NCBI RefSeq assembly: GCF_006345805.1
Contig: NC_043020.1
Span: 27,900,001 to 27,964,000 of the forward strand
Direction of reading: 5' to 3'
Origin: Octopus sinensis
Taxonomy: Eukaryota
DNA length: 64,000 nt
Position 1 is the stretch's first letter. Each line of letters begins with the position of its first letter. The position numbers and the translations under genes were made by a program. The notes beneath the pieces are model-generated. The model did no database searches. It worked only from the letters and a program-made list of their open reading frames with translations, and had not been told where the DNA came from. This document shows, in pieces, positions 63,778-64,000 of the stretch.

Positions 63778-64000
63778 CGATTTATTTATATATATATATG
63801 TATATATACATATATGTAAATATATGTATATATATATCTGTATATATACATATATGTAAATATATGTATATATATATATGTATGTATATATATATCTGTA
63901 TATATATATATATATACGTGTATATCTATATATATACATTTATATATATATATGCATATATATATATGCATATATATATATACATATATATATATGCATA

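Overview
Eukaryotic, AT-rich, microsatellite-dense DNA. The SINE families and repeat landscape resemble an Octopus genome (inferred from remembered repeat sequences, not from a search). Two protein-coding genes are supported, both on the minus strand. The first is an SLC17 (sialin/VGLUT-like) transporter with an uninterrupted CDS (16901-18370). The second is a complete 14-exon TTLL12 that I assembled by hand (32853-58790, 1845 nt, 614 aa, all GT-AG junctions in phase). Most of the rest is mobile DNA: a Penelope-like element (RT + GIY-YIG), a near full-length CR1/L2-group LINE, Tx1/L1, CRE-like and Tc1/mariner fragments, two Helitrons, several MITEs and many tRNA-derived SINEs. The main result is at 9947-13040: a head-to-head array of ~488-bp near-identical units between (TA)n tracts. 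Each unit encodes a canonical type I hammerhead ribozyme fold (7 copies, 4 intact). This looks like a retrozyme-like, possibly circRNA-templated element mobilised by Penelope-like machinery. Nine more minimal hammerhead-like motifs from four short repeat families, plus several smaller fold-back insertions, are scattered across the window. Single-base indels are frequent and may partly be sequencing error. All RNA folds were read by eye and no activity is demonstrated.
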